Origin: an uncultured Clostridia bacterium
Lineage (GTDB): Bacteria; Bacillota; Clostridia; RUG12999
Direction: 5' to 3'
Length of the DNA stretch: 64,000 bases
Assembly: GCA_946555455.1 (NCBI GenBank)
Contig: CAMNSU010000008.1
Location: 226 to 64,225 of the forward strand
Position numbers and translations under genes: made by a program. Each line of letters opens with the position of its first letter. Position 1 is the first letter of the stretch. The notes under the pieces were generated by a model that searched no databases, was not told where the DNA came from, and saw only the letters and a list, made by a program, of their open reading frames with translations. This document shows positions 1 through 10,008 of this stretch, in pieces.

Positions 1-1
1 A

Positions 2-1081
2 TATGCAGGACGAAAAATTGATTCTGAGAACACTTTGCTGATTTTTGACGAAGTACAAGAAGTTCCCCGAGCGCTTTCTTCTCTAAAATACTTTTACGAA
101 GATGCACCACAATATCATATTATCTGCGCCGGTTCTCTCCTTGGTATCGCATTACACCAAGGCACCTCTTTTCCTGTTGGAAAGGTCGATTTCTTGAAAC
201 TCTATCCCTTGTCATACAAAGAATTTCTAATGGCAACCGGAAACGAGCGTTTTGCCGAACTTTTGAATAGGCGAGAATATGATATGATAACTTCATTTAA
301 GCAGACATATATTGATTCTTTAAAGCAATATTACTTTGTCGGTGGAATGCCGGAAGCTGTACAAATATTTTCCGAAGACAGAGATTTTAACGAAGTCCGC
401 AGCGTTCAAAAACGTATTTTGGCAGCTTATGAACAAGATTTTTCAAAACATGCACCAAATGAAATCGTCCCCAAAATCCGTATGATTTGGAACAGTATTC
501 CTTCCCAGCTTGCAAAAGAAAATAAGAAATTCATTTACGGTCTTGTACGCGAAGGAGGACGGGCAAAAGATTATGAAACCGCTATTATGTGGCTTTCAGA
601 CTGCGGACTTATTCATAAAGTCAGCCGCGTTCATACATCCGGCATTCCGTTAAAAGCATATGAAGATTTAAAAGCATTCAAGCTATTTATTGTCGATGTC
701 GGATTGCTTGGCTGCATGACAGGCTTACGGCAGCAAACGCTTCTTGACAGAAATAATTTATTTTCCGAATTCAAAGGGGCGTTAACAGAACAATATGTAT
801 GTCAACAGCTAAAAACGCTTGAAGATTTAGGTATTTATTATTATACAAATGACCGTGGTTCATGCGAAGTCGATTTTGTCATAGATACCGGTGAAAATAT
901 TATCCCGATAGAAGCAAAAGCAGAAATAAACCTAAAGTCCAAAAGTCTGAAAGTGTATCAGGAAAAGTTTAAACCTGAAATTTCCGTCCGTACGTCCATG
1001 GCAGACTATAAAGAAGAAAGCTGGTTATACAATTTGCCTTTATATGCAATAGAAACGGTTGGCAGTTTCCGCCCAGCATAG
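2..1081 (+). CDS. AAA+ ATPase with DUF4143 domain (5' partial; frame open from the window edge)
   Basis: Frame open from nt 2 (YAGRKIDSENTLLIFDEVQ, Walker B). GSLLG, GGMPE and DVGLL motifs, plus a C-terminal EVDFVI...PIEAK nuclease-like motif typical of this family. Confidence 0.9.
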   Translation, partial: YAGRKIDSENTLLIFDEVQEVPRALSSLKYFYEDAPQYHIICAGSLLGIALHQGTSFPVGKVDFLKLYPLSYKEFLMATGNERFAELLNRREYDMITSFKQTYIDSLKQYYFVGGMPEAVQIFSEDRDFNEVRSVQKRILAAYEQDFSKHAPNEIVPKIRMIWNSIPSQLAKENKKFIYGLVREGGRAKDYETAIMWLSDCGLIHKVSRVHTSGIPLKAYEDLKAFKLFIVDVGLLGCMTGLRQQTLLDRNNLFSEFKGALTEQYVCQQLKTLEDLGIYYYTNDRGSCEVDFVIDTGENIIPIEAKAEINLKSKSLKVYQEKFKPEISVRTSMADYKEESWLYNLPLYAIETVGSFRPA

Positions 1082-1135
1082 ATATCGTTTGCTCAAAAAT
1101 ATATCTCCTCATTTTGGAGACCATAAAAAAAGCAG

Positions 1136-1176
1136 CCCCATACCGACTTCATCAACAAATGAAGTCGGTATAGGGG
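1136..1176. terminator. Probable bidirectional intrinsic terminator
   Basis: CCCC-ATACCGACTTCAT / ATGAAGTCGGTA-T-AGGGG inverted repeat between convergent genes, with an A-run on the left and a T-run on the right. Confidence 0.75.
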
Positions 1177-1275
1177 TCGGTTAGATTTTTTTCGCTATTT
1201 CATCGTCTCTCTAAAAGAAAAAGACCACCTTAATAAAATCAAATATTTCATCTATCCAGTTTCCAAACGGCTGTC

Positions 1276-2859
1276 TCATATTGTACCTATAAAAGATTTA
1301 TTCCACGCATTTTCCCATATTTCCCGCTTATTCTCATCTTTTATACATTCCGGATCAAGGATTTCTTCTTCTAATTCTTCTATACAATCTATCTCACCCG
1401 CAAGATATAATTTAATTCTTTCGCGGCAGCTGCGTGTTCTGTGTATTAATCCTCCAAGTCTTGCGTCCTGCACTTCAAATCCGAACGGTTTATTTTCCCG
1501 ATACCATTGTACTTTCAAATTTTCATAAAATATGTTGAGAGCGACTTCTGTTTTTGTATAGTCATCCAGCAAAGCCTGCAGCGTTTCCCTGTCTCCACCT
1601 CTATATGCCTTTCTCGTCCGGATTCCCAAATCATTTTTCACTGCAAGCACATTACATAATGACTGTATCGTTTGAAACAGATAGCCATATTCCTCATTTT
1701 GTGTCAGCTTATCAAGGCTGGATGCAGTATTATGGTATATCTGATTTTTACTCCCATCTGTGATAGCATCGTATATTCCCAAAAAGTAATCATTATACAG
1801 CATATATTTATCGGGATTGACTGTTTTATCGCAATTCTCTGCGCTGTTTGTAATCTCCGGAATATCCAGCAGCATAAACTCATCAAAGGCAATTCCTGTC
1901 AATTCCTCAAACCCTTGCTTAATCTGCGCCTCATCATATATTCCCTTTGCAAGCTGAGATACATAATATATAGAAGGCAGGACAGAAAACACCGAGGTTT
2001 CTGCGCCGTTATCGCCCCACATCGTAAAGAAAATATTTTCCACGCCGTTTTCTGCACAACTTTCAATAGCCGCGCGGCATTCACGAATAGAATATCCATT
2101 ATGCGGCGAAAATCCTGTCCAAGTCCACAAACCGCCCGCATACCAAAACGGTTTCCCCAAGTTTTGATGTTCTTTTATCTTCACCTTGTAGTGTGCCTTA
2201 TCGACTGAATAATAGTCCCAATAAACCGGCGTTACACATTCCGGAATAAGTTCGCTTATCTCGTTTTTGGCACCGCCTTCATTCACCTGAAACAACATAT
2301 CGCTCCAAATCAATGGTTGCAGCCCGTATTTTTCTGCGATTGCCGCGACGCGGGTTAAATGCTCTTTCATAATCGTTTTTGGATTGGTATATCCGTTTTT
2401 TTGCCTATATTTTCCCATACCAAGCATTCCTGCTTCGTCCATACCGATATGAACAATATTTGTCTGAAAGGTCTTCGATACCGTTTTTAATATATCGTCA
2501 ATCAACTCATATGTTTTATCCTCGCCGACAAACAGAATGTCATTGCAGTCTACCACATCGTCAAATTCCCTCCAGCGCATCATTGCATTCAAATGCGCCA
2601 GCGTCTGGATACATGGAATCAATTCTACATGGTGTTCCATACAATAACTGTCAATTTCCCGTAGTTCTTCTTGCGTATATCTCCCTCTGAGATAACCAAA
2701 ATATGGTCTCTCTTTTATTTCATAAGTGTCCTCTGTATAAAGCATTAACATGTTCAGCCCGATTGTTTCCATAATATCTACCATCCGCTTGATTGCCGAA
2801 ACTGACCGTACTGCGTTTCTGGAACAATCTATCATCAGACCCACTCTCTGAAAATTCAT
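1276..2859 (-). CDS. GH20 beta-N-acetylhexosaminidase (GcnA-like)
   Basis: GLMIDCSRN, LYTED, IPCIQTLAH and catalytic HIGMDEA motifs. No signal peptide. RBS AAGGAGG; ATGA overlap with the upstream gene. Confidence 0.88.
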   Translation of the reverse strand: MNFQRVGLMIDCSRNAVRSVSAIKRMVDIMETIGLNMLMLYTEDTYEIKERPYFGYLRGRYTQEELREIDSYCMEHHVELIPCIQTLAHLNAMMRWREFDDVVDCNDILFVGEDKTYELIDDILKTVSKTFQTNIVHIGMDEAGMLGMGKYRQKNGYTNPKTIMKEHLTRVAAIAEKYGLQPLIWSDMLFQVNEGGAKNEISELIPECVTPVYWDYYSVDKAHYKVKIKEHQNLGKPFWYAGGLWTWTGFSPHNGYSIRECRAAIESCAENGVENIFFTMWGDNGAETSVFSVLPSIYYVSQLAKGIYDEAQIKQGFEELTGIAFDEFMLLDIPEITNSAENCDKTVNPDKYMLYNDYFLGIYDAITDGSKNQIYHNTASSLDKLTQNEEYGYLFQTIQSLCNVLAVKNDLGIRTRKAYRGGDRETLQALLDDYTKTEVALNIFYENLKVQWYRENKPFGFEVQDARLGGLIHRTRSCRERIKLYLAGEIDCIEELEEEILDPECIKDENKREIWENAWNKSFIGTI

Positions 2860-3827
2860 CTGCTCGCTTCCTCCTTTATCCCTTCCATAAAAAACTGTAA
2901 TGTTATATCCGCCGCACCACGCAGAAATTCATGTCCGAATTCGGGGTATATGACATGCCGCTTCTTACAGTTTAAATTGTTATAAACGGCATACTGTGTC
3001 AAAGCAGGACAGCTTTCATCTGCCAGCCCTGTGAACATAAGAACCTCCGCCTTGATTCTTACAGCTAAATTTTTGATATCAATATATCCCAATTTGTTAA
3101 ATATCAACGCTTCATGTTCATGGCGTGGGTCAAAACGGTGGAAATATTCCTTCAGTTCCACATAGGCGCCGCGCGTCCCCCCTGTTTCCAGCGCTCCTTG
3201 AAAATCAGAAAGGAACGGATATAACACCGCTGCTTTTTTGATTTTCGGTTCCAACGCGGCACAGGCAAGCGCAAGCGCTCCGCCTTGACTTCCGCCGCTG
3301 ACATATACCTTCGTTTCATCTACAATATCCATATCCATTGCGATTTGGGCAAGTTCCGCTGCGTCCAGATAGATATTTCTAAACAACAGCTTATCCGGAT
3401 TTTCCTCTTCCAGTCCACGGATAAAATGTCCGTTCAGCGTTGTTCCTTTCACACCGCCGACATCTTCGCTTTTTCCGCCCTGTCCGCGGCAATCCATTGC
3501 AAACACGGCATATCCCGCCTGAACAAAACTCAATTTATCAAACCAATCGCCGCTGCTGTCGGAATAACCGTGAAACAAAAGAATGGCGGGAAGTTTACCT
3601 TCTGTCTTTTCAGGGCGCAAAAACTTTGCATATACTCGCGCGCCGCCCACACCGGTATAATATAAATCATAGCATTTTACGTTCAGACACTGAAAATCCG
3701 CTTCTGTCATCAAAACCGCTCTGTCTGTTTCCTTCAGCTCCCGCAAGGCCCTGTCCCAATATTCATTAAAATCCTCGGGCATAGGCGTTGTGCCAGTATA
3801 GTTTTCAAGTTCACTTGTATTTACCAT
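2856..3827 (-). CDS. CE7 acetylxylan esterase / cephalosporin-C deacetylase family
   Basis: FHGY, DCRGQGG and nucleophile GGSQGG motifs, D...H triad (DESCP, FGHE). Start moved to ATG 3827 because of a GGAG RBS. Confidence 0.92.
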   Translation of the reverse strand: MVNTSELENYTGTTPMPEDFNEYWDRALRELKETDRAVLMTEADFQCLNVKCYDLYYTGVGGARVYAKFLRPEKTEGKLPAILLFHGYSDSSGDWFDKLSFVQAGYAVFAMDCRGQGGKSEDVGGVKGTTLNGHFIRGLEEENPDKLLFRNIYLDAAELAQIAMDMDIVDETKVYVSGGSQGGALALACAALEPKIKKAAVLYPFLSDFQGALETGGTRGAYVELKEYFHRFDPRHEHEALIFNKLGYIDIKNLAVRIKAEVLMFTGLADESCPALTQYAVYNNLNCKKRHVIYPEFGHEFLRGAADITLQFFMEGIKEEASR

Positions 3828-3901
3828 GTTGACCGCTCCCATCATCTTTTCAAATCATCAACTGCTGCAAGACAAATCTTTTTTGTTTTTTTATTTTCCC
3901 A

Positions 3902-5656
3902 CTATCTTTCTTTTGCAAGTACCACCATTCCCCCCACCGGCGTTTCCATAGAAATGATTCCGTTTGCCGAGATTCTGCCTTTGTCCACTGTTTCACCGCA
4001 GCAATTCAGCGTTTTCGTCTTATACGCTCCATTAATTTCTGCAAGCATACGGTTAGCCTCGCTTCCGTTTATCATATAAATAATCTCTCGCATGTCAGGT
4101 TTCACACATTTATCGGGCGCATAAACTACCGTTATGCATTCCTTACTGTCCGCCACTTTTGCCCACGTGTAAAACAATTGCGGCTCATATGACGCCAGCG
4201 GACTTTCCAGCAGCAAAGCTTTATGTTCCTTCATAAACGCCGTCCAGAACTTTGTCATTTTCAGCGTTTCTTCCGACAGTTCCGTTAACCTCTGTGAATA
4301 CTGCAGTGTGCCAAACAATACGCTGATAATCTGTAATGCCGCCCGTTCCGTTTTTTCTTCCCTGTGCCACATCAGCATATCGGAATGAACCGCCGAGCGC
4401 CCCATCAGCATACGCAAATCAAGCACGCCTGCACGGTTGGAAAGGATATCGTTAGGACAATCTCCAACACGGAACATATTCCCGTATTTTCGCATATTCG
4501 GTCCGATATATTTTTGCCGAAATTCCAGCAGCACATCAGGTTTTATGCTTTTCAGTTCCTTCATGACATCCGTCATAAACCGATCCACTGCATCATACAG
4601 AACAGGAATATCCATATCGGCATGATACGGCGGTATTTCACCGCCCGATTCTTTCCATTCGTCAATGAAATCGAGTTTAAACCCATCTAAATCCCACGCG
4701 GTAAGAGCGGTCTTGTAAACATAGATAAGGTAGTCCCGTACCTTTTTATACCGAGGGTCTAACACAGCGGCGCCGTTTCCCTTTGGTCGATAAAGCGTCA
4801 TATTCTTAAATTCATCATACCGTTTTGCTCTCATCCCCATAAACGGAACACTGTACCACAAAATATACTTCATACCGATATCATGCACTGCTTTGACATG
4901 CGCCGCCATGTCGGGTATTTTTTCCGATGCCGCTTCCCAGTCACCGCAATATGCATATCCCTTGTTGCTGTCGTCCGTTTGCCACCCATCGTCCACGATA
5001 CAAACGTCAAACCCAAGCGCTTTGGCACGGCGGCATTCCGCCTCAATCACTTCCGCCGAAAGCATTTGATGATAGGAATACCAAAAGGAATATACCGGCT
5101 CTTTCGCCGCTTCAGGCACCTGTGCCGGTGTCATCCCGCAATCCGTTTCCCACCAGTCGGAAACGGATTTGACCGCTTCGCACATGGGGATATTTCGCCT
5201 GTCAATTCTAATTGAAATTTTTGCCGCATTCAGATTGGTATATTGCTTTACAGGGAGCTCGAACGCACATTCGAGTTCCCCTGTTTCTTCACACACACCG
5301 CTTTTGTAGCGTATCAGCTTGGCACATTCGCTCAGCGCCCAAGTATATTGATTGACAGAATTTCCGTCATAGAAGCTGTCAAGCGGCGCCGATAGAGAAA
5401 TCATAGAATTGCTCCACGCGCCCCATGACATTGGCAAGTTCCGTTCAAACCGACAATCGGGCGTCCAGCGATACAGAAATCCGGTCGCGGGAATGCTCCA
5501 GCAGAACTGAAAACAACTGTCCTGCGTGATGCTGTCTAAATCCCACGAAAGTTCAAAATCATAAATTCCCACGCCACCCTGCTGCAACGCTTTTTTCAAT
5601 GAACACTGAAAACCGTTTTCCCCTGTCACCTGAAAAAATAATATGTTCTTTTCCAT
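3902..5656 (-). CDS. GH36 alpha-galactosidase-like glycosidase
   Basis: WYSYH, VDDGWQ, GFKLDF (nucleophile) and EFRQ motifs. No signal peptide. The ORF track starts at 5668, but the RBS fits ATG 5656. Confidence 0.85.
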   Translation of the reverse strand: MEKNILFFQVTGENGFQCSLKKALQQGGVGIYDFELSWDLDSITQDSCFQFCWSIPATGFLYRWTPDCRFERNLPMSWGAWSNSMISLSAPLDSFYDGNSVNQYTWALSECAKLIRYKSGVCEETGELECAFELPVKQYTNLNAAKISIRIDRRNIPMCEAVKSVSDWWETDCGMTPAQVPEAAKEPVYSFWYSYHQMLSAEVIEAECRRAKALGFDVCIVDDGWQTDDSNKGYAYCGDWEAASEKIPDMAAHVKAVHDIGMKYILWYSVPFMGMRAKRYDEFKNMTLYRPKGNGAAVLDPRYKKVRDYLIYVYKTALTAWDLDGFKLDFIDEWKESGGEIPPYHADMDIPVLYDAVDRFMTDVMKELKSIKPDVLLEFRQKYIGPNMRKYGNMFRVGDCPNDILSNRAGVLDLRMLMGRSAVHSDMLMWHREEKTERAALQIISVLFGTLQYSQRLTELSEETLKMTKFWTAFMKEHKALLLESPLASYEPQLFYTWAKVADSKECITVVYAPDKCVKPDMREIIYMINGSEANRMLAEINGAYKTKTLNCCGETVDKGRISANGIISMETPVGGMVVLAKER

Positions 5657-5668
5657 TGCACACTCCAT

Positions 5669-8260
5669 TTAACGGTAGACAAACACACCGCGGTATTCTG
5701 TTCCCATACGTTTCGTGAACACATGGTCGCCCGGCATAATGCAGGCAGCGGTTTCCACTTCAATTTGGTCGCTCTCACTGTCATATACCAGCACTTTATC
5801 CGTAATATTCAGCGGAATGGTGCGGTTCCATTTATCCATCGGGAAGGCTGCCCCCTCTGCTGTTTCCTCCTCATTGGGAAGGTGATTGTTCACGATAATG
5901 CCTGTTCTGGTACGTGTAATTACTTCTCCGTAACTCATCAGATAGCCGCCGTTAAACGTTTTTTCATTTAACCCATATTCGTTTCCTGTTTCGGAGGTAA
6001 TGGCTTCGAATATGAGTGCACCGCCGTCTTTTTTCGGCACATGCTGAACCGCAATTCCGGTTAAACCGGTGAAATCCTCACTGATTTCCACAACAGTTCC
6101 GCGTTTCAAATCTTTTGCTTGAATCGTACTCAAACTCTTGTCGCCGGACATGATATTCCATTCGTTGGTGGTGATGGTTCCATCTTCCATCAACGCCGTC
6201 TTTTTCTTTCCGTTTGGCATATACATATCAAGCGCATAAACCGATTCGCCTTCTTTGTTTATTGTTTGATATACCCTGTCAACCATATAGGTGTCGCCCC
6301 AGAAGTCAACCCAACCTCCGACCGTGCGGGTTGTTTCCATAACCGCATACTGAATATCATAATCGTTGTTCACGTTATATAGTTTAATTTTCAGGCCGGT
6401 AAGCGTTGGTATGGAATTTCCCTGCTGCACATAACTTTCATCAAGGTCATTGGTGCATACCGTAAACACAACCGTGTTATCTCTTACCACATATTTAGAA
6501 CCGAGTATTCTTTTGCCGTTTAAATTAAGCGCCCGAAGTTCGCCGTCTTTTTCAAAGTTATAGTCCAGCGTAAATCCATTGTTGCCGCGGCTTCCGAGTG
6601 CACTTTTATTTTCTGCAATTTCTATGCTTGCGATCTCCCCAACGCTGTTTTCTTTAAACAGAATCAACTGCCGGTCAACTTCTCCGTTTTTCATGAATTT
6701 CGTTTCCACCAATTCTTTGCTTGTCATGCTACTGCCGTCCACCGACACTTTGCCACGCAGCGGAATCTCCCTTATTTTGCCGCTTTCATCGAGTATACCG
6801 ACAAAATATTTCCCAAGAGATTTCTGCCAGCATTTGATAAGGTAACCCGCCGTTGCATTGGTGCCTCCAACAGTGATATCTACGATTTTCCCAAGCACAT
6901 CAAATGATGCGGTCACACGGTCTCCGATTTTTACTTCTTCATTTCCTTTTATATTTTTTAAATAATCTTCGGTACATTCATATTCTTGTTCATCAATCGT
7001 AATATATTTATTATCGTCCCGCATAGACTTTAAGGTGCCTGTTACTTTTTGAGAGGTGGAAATCATATTGGTATATTCACCGCTGCGCGCCACCAAATAG
7101 GATAAAACCTGCGAACGAGAAAGAACACTGAAATCCATAACATTTCCCTGCGCATCGTACAGCTTATATCCCTCTTTAAAATATTCATTGATATCTAAAA
7201 TTTCTCCGTCTTTCAATAATATTTTCCCGGTCGTATACGCCACTTCTTCCACCAGCTTTGAGGTGTAGTGTTCAATCAATACGACCTCATATTTTCCGTC
7301 ATTGTTGTTATCTATCAATGTATATTCGCTGTCGGGTATTTCAAAATCCGCCGCCGTATAACTCGTTAATAGTTCGCGGTTATAAATAACGTCCACCGTT
7401 TCGGAAAGCACTGCCGTCTCTTTTCGGTTTTCCTCATAATATTCAATTCTTGTATCCGAACTTTTCGCAATATCCTCTGACGCGATTTTTACAATGTCGT
7501 TGTTTTTATACACCGTCAATGCACAGATATTATCTTCGTCTTGTTCTACATAAGCTCTCACAAATTTCCCCACATAATCGCTTCTGTCTTTCCTGTCATT
7601 GATGGTATATATAATACCGCCGATGTTGATATACCCTTCGCGCTGCGAACCGCTGCCGGTGATGGAATATGTATCCGTACCGTATACAATTCCCTGGACA
7701 ATTTTAATCTTCATGCGCGAGGACAGCAATGTTACATTTTTCAAAACCTTATATCCACTGTTTCCTCCGTCAAACACATGTGACATTGGCGCTGTCTTTG
7801 CCACTGCCTGATAAAGAATGTGCGCATATTGTCTCACATTCAAAATGCTATACTGGTTCAGCCCTGTATCTGAAATCATTTTTATTTCCCGCGCCATTAT
7901 CATATATGCATTTGCGTCGCTTGTATTTTTTCCTGTCAGCCGCATTTGTTCCGTATATCCGAGGACATCAATCAAAATCATTGCCGTCTGTCCGCAGCGT
8001 AATGGTTTTGATAAATCTTGACCCGCAAAATAAGTATTTGTATATAGGTCGCTGCCAAGCAATTTTGTCAAGCCGTTTGCCAGCGTGTTTTTGGTGACGT
8101 CGGAATCCGGTTCTGTGTTATCCAACAACCCCAGTTGAGAAAGCACGCTGATTTCCCAATCCTTGTCTTCCTCTATTTCCGCTGCGCTGACGGACAGATT
8201 CATTGCCAGCATTGATACTATCATCATCAGGGTTAGACCCAGTGCAATTATTTTTTTCAT
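5669..8260 (-). CDS. Secreted S-layer-like ~860-aa protein of unknown function (paralog of 49282-51816)
   Basis: Signal peptide MKKIIALG...SVSA, degenerate SLH-like N-terminus, beta-rich body with an LIDNNNDGKYEVV motif, ends VFVYR. RBS GAGGTG before 8260. Confidence 0.7.
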   Translation of the reverse strand: MKKIIALGLTLMMIVSMLAMNLSVSAAEIEEDKDWEISVLSQLGLLDNTEPDSDVTKNTLANGLTKLLGSDLYTNTYFAGQDLSKPLRCGQTAMILIDVLGYTEQMRLTGKNTSDANAYMIMAREIKMISDTGLNQYSILNVRQYAHILYQAVAKTAPMSHVFDGGNSGYKVLKNVTLLSSRMKIKIVQGIVYGTDTYSITGSGSQREGYINIGGIIYTINDRKDRSDYVGKFVRAYVEQDEDNICALTVYKNNDIVKIASEDIAKSSDTRIEYYEENRKETAVLSETVDVIYNRELLTSYTAADFEIPDSEYTLIDNNNDGKYEVVLIEHYTSKLVEEVAYTTGKILLKDGEILDINEYFKEGYKLYDAQGNVMDFSVLSRSQVLSYLVARSGEYTNMISTSQKVTGTLKSMRDDNKYITIDEQEYECTEDYLKNIKGNEEVKIGDRVTASFDVLGKIVDITVGGTNATAGYLIKCWQKSLGKYFVGILDESGKIREIPLRGKVSVDGSSMTSKELVETKFMKNGEVDRQLILFKENSVGEIASIEIAENKSALGSRGNNGFTLDYNFEKDGELRALNLNGKRILGSKYVVRDNTVVFTVCTNDLDESYVQQGNSIPTLTGLKIKLYNVNNDYDIQYAVMETTRTVGGWVDFWGDTYMVDRVYQTINKEGESVYALDMYMPNGKKKTALMEDGTITTNEWNIMSGDKSLSTIQAKDLKRGTVVEISEDFTGLTGIAVQHVPKKDGGALIFEAITSETGNEYGLNEKTFNGGYLMSYGEVITRTRTGIIVNNHLPNEEETAEGAAFPMDKWNRTIPLNITDKVLVYDSESDQIEVETAACIMPGDHVFTKRMGTEYRGVFVYR

Positions 8261-8272
8261 GCTTCTCACCTC

Positions 8273-9964
8273 TTAATCCTTCAATCCGCTCAGCATTGTA
8301 TAGACCAGCTTTGCAGTTTCACTGCGCAGCAGCGCGTTTTGCGGCAGGAAGGTTCCATCCTCATATCCGCTTATCACATCTGCGTTGACAAGTTCCAAAA
8401 CCGCTTCTTTCGCATAGCCGGAAATGTTCTCGCTGTCCGAAAATGCAATCTCTTTTTCCTCCGGATGCAGACGCAATCCGGCTGCCTTTACAGCGTTTAC
8501 TATCATCACTGCCGCGTCCTGACGGCTCACCTGCTGCATCGGTGCAAAGGTCGTTGGCGCTGTCCCATTTGTGATTCCGAGACCGGAACCGACTTTTACA
8601 TACTCGGCATACCATGCGTCATCAGGAACATCTTCAAACCAAACAGGATTTTGAACTTCTACATTTTCCAGATTTAACGCCGAAATCAGCACTTTAATAA
8701 ATTCCGCTCTTGTGATGGTGTCGTCCGGTCGGAACTGACCGTTGCCATCGCCGTTCATGATGTTATTTTCCGCCATATATTCAATATAAGATACTGCCCA
8801 CAGGGCATTTCCCAAATCATTGAATCTGCTGTTTCTGTCAAGCGAGGACACCAAATCAGAATTCACGCCGCCCGTTGTTGGCAAAAATGATCCGTTACTG
8901 TTTGCATCATTTCTTTTGACGGTTGTACCTCCGCCGCCTCCGACAACATTTTCTGTTTTCGGTTTGGACAACTCTGTGACAAGCGCGTTAAATTTATTCA
9001 CTATCGCTTGGGGCGTCATATAGGTTCTGCCCGCGATAATTCCTTTTGCCATTTGATAGGCGTCAACTGTTTTAAACTTACCTTCCAAATCAATCTTTAA
9101 TATGTCGTTATATTCTTTTATCACGTCAATAACGTTATCCCTGTTTGCCGCGTTCACTTTTGCAACGGCTTCCGAAGCGCGGAGAACATCTTCCAATTCC
9201 TTTGGTGTTGTCATGGTTTCCGTCTTTTTTAGATGGGCAAACACATCCGCTAATGCCGCATCCTTGTTTTTCACATCTGCAGAATAGGTAACGCCAAGAT
9301 ATTCTTCATATAAAAACAGTTTTGTGTAAATATCCGCGTCGGCGCAATTTTTAATCTCAGACAGCATACACGCCTTTTCAAATGCTTCCGCAACATCCTG
9401 TGCGTTTGTCGCACTGCCGCCCAAAATAGCGGCAGTATTTGTCTCAACCTCGCTTTTGTTTGCCTGGTAAATTGCCTTATCCATATCAAGGCTCCATACT
9501 TTATCCTGATATTTGCTGAGCACCGCTCCTATTGCCAACGCCGACGCACTGTTGATTTCTGTAACTGCAGTTTGCTCTTCCAAAGGATTGGCATATGTAA
9601 TGTCAATGATTTTTCCGTCCAGTTCTCCACCGCCGATGATTGCCTTATATACGCCGTACGGCGCCCCCTCGGCAAACAAGAAATTCACTGTATGACGCGT
9701 GAAAGCGCCGCTGATGTCGCTACTTGCGTCTATGCTCTCTATTTTATCAAACGCCGTTGAAATACCCTTCTCGTCTGTCGGCAGTTCCCCGCCGGGTTTC
9801 ATCAGATAGATGGTATACTGCGCTCTTCCGTAATCAGAGGACAAATTCACTTCCACCCTGTTCCCGCTGACACTTGCAGCCGTGTAGGTCTGCGCAAATG
9901 CGGCTGTGTTTAAACTGAGCGCCGCCGCACATGCGCAAACCAGCGCTATATATTTCTTTTTCAT
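8273..9964 (-). CDS. SLH-anchored surface protein (Ig-like, helical region, G-rich linker, 3 SLH)
   Basis: Signal peptide MKKKYIAL...AFA. C-terminal SLH repeats (FNDLGNALWA...ITRAEF, FEDVPDDAWY...VSRQDAA, FSDSENIS...LLRSETA). RBS before 9964. Confidence 0.88.
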   Translation of the reverse strand: MKKKYIALVCACAAALSLNTAAFAQTYTAASVSGNRVEVNLSSDYGRAQYTIYLMKPGGELPTDEKGISTAFDKIESIDASSDISGAFTRHTVNFLFAEGAPYGVYKAIIGGGELDGKIIDITYANPLEEQTAVTEINSASALAIGAVLSKYQDKVWSLDMDKAIYQANKSEVETNTAAILGGSATNAQDVAEAFEKACMLSEIKNCADADIYTKLFLYEEYLGVTYSADVKNKDAALADVFAHLKKTETMTTPKELEDVLRASEAVAKVNAANRDNVIDVIKEYNDILKIDLEGKFKTVDAYQMAKGIIAGRTYMTPQAIVNKFNALVTELSKPKTENVVGGGGGTTVKRNDANSNGSFLPTTGGVNSDLVSSLDRNSRFNDLGNALWAVSYIEYMAENNIMNGDGNGQFRPDDTITRAEFIKVLISALNLENVEVQNPVWFEDVPDDAWYAEYVKVGSGLGITNGTAPTTFAPMQQVSRQDAAVMIVNAVKAAGLRLHPEEKEIAFSDSENISGYAKEAVLELVNADVISGYEDGTFLPQNALLRSETAKLVYTMLSGLKD

Positions 9965-10008
9965 ATTCCTACCGTTCCTTTCCGCGCCAAAGAGATAGCG
10001 CACCGCTG

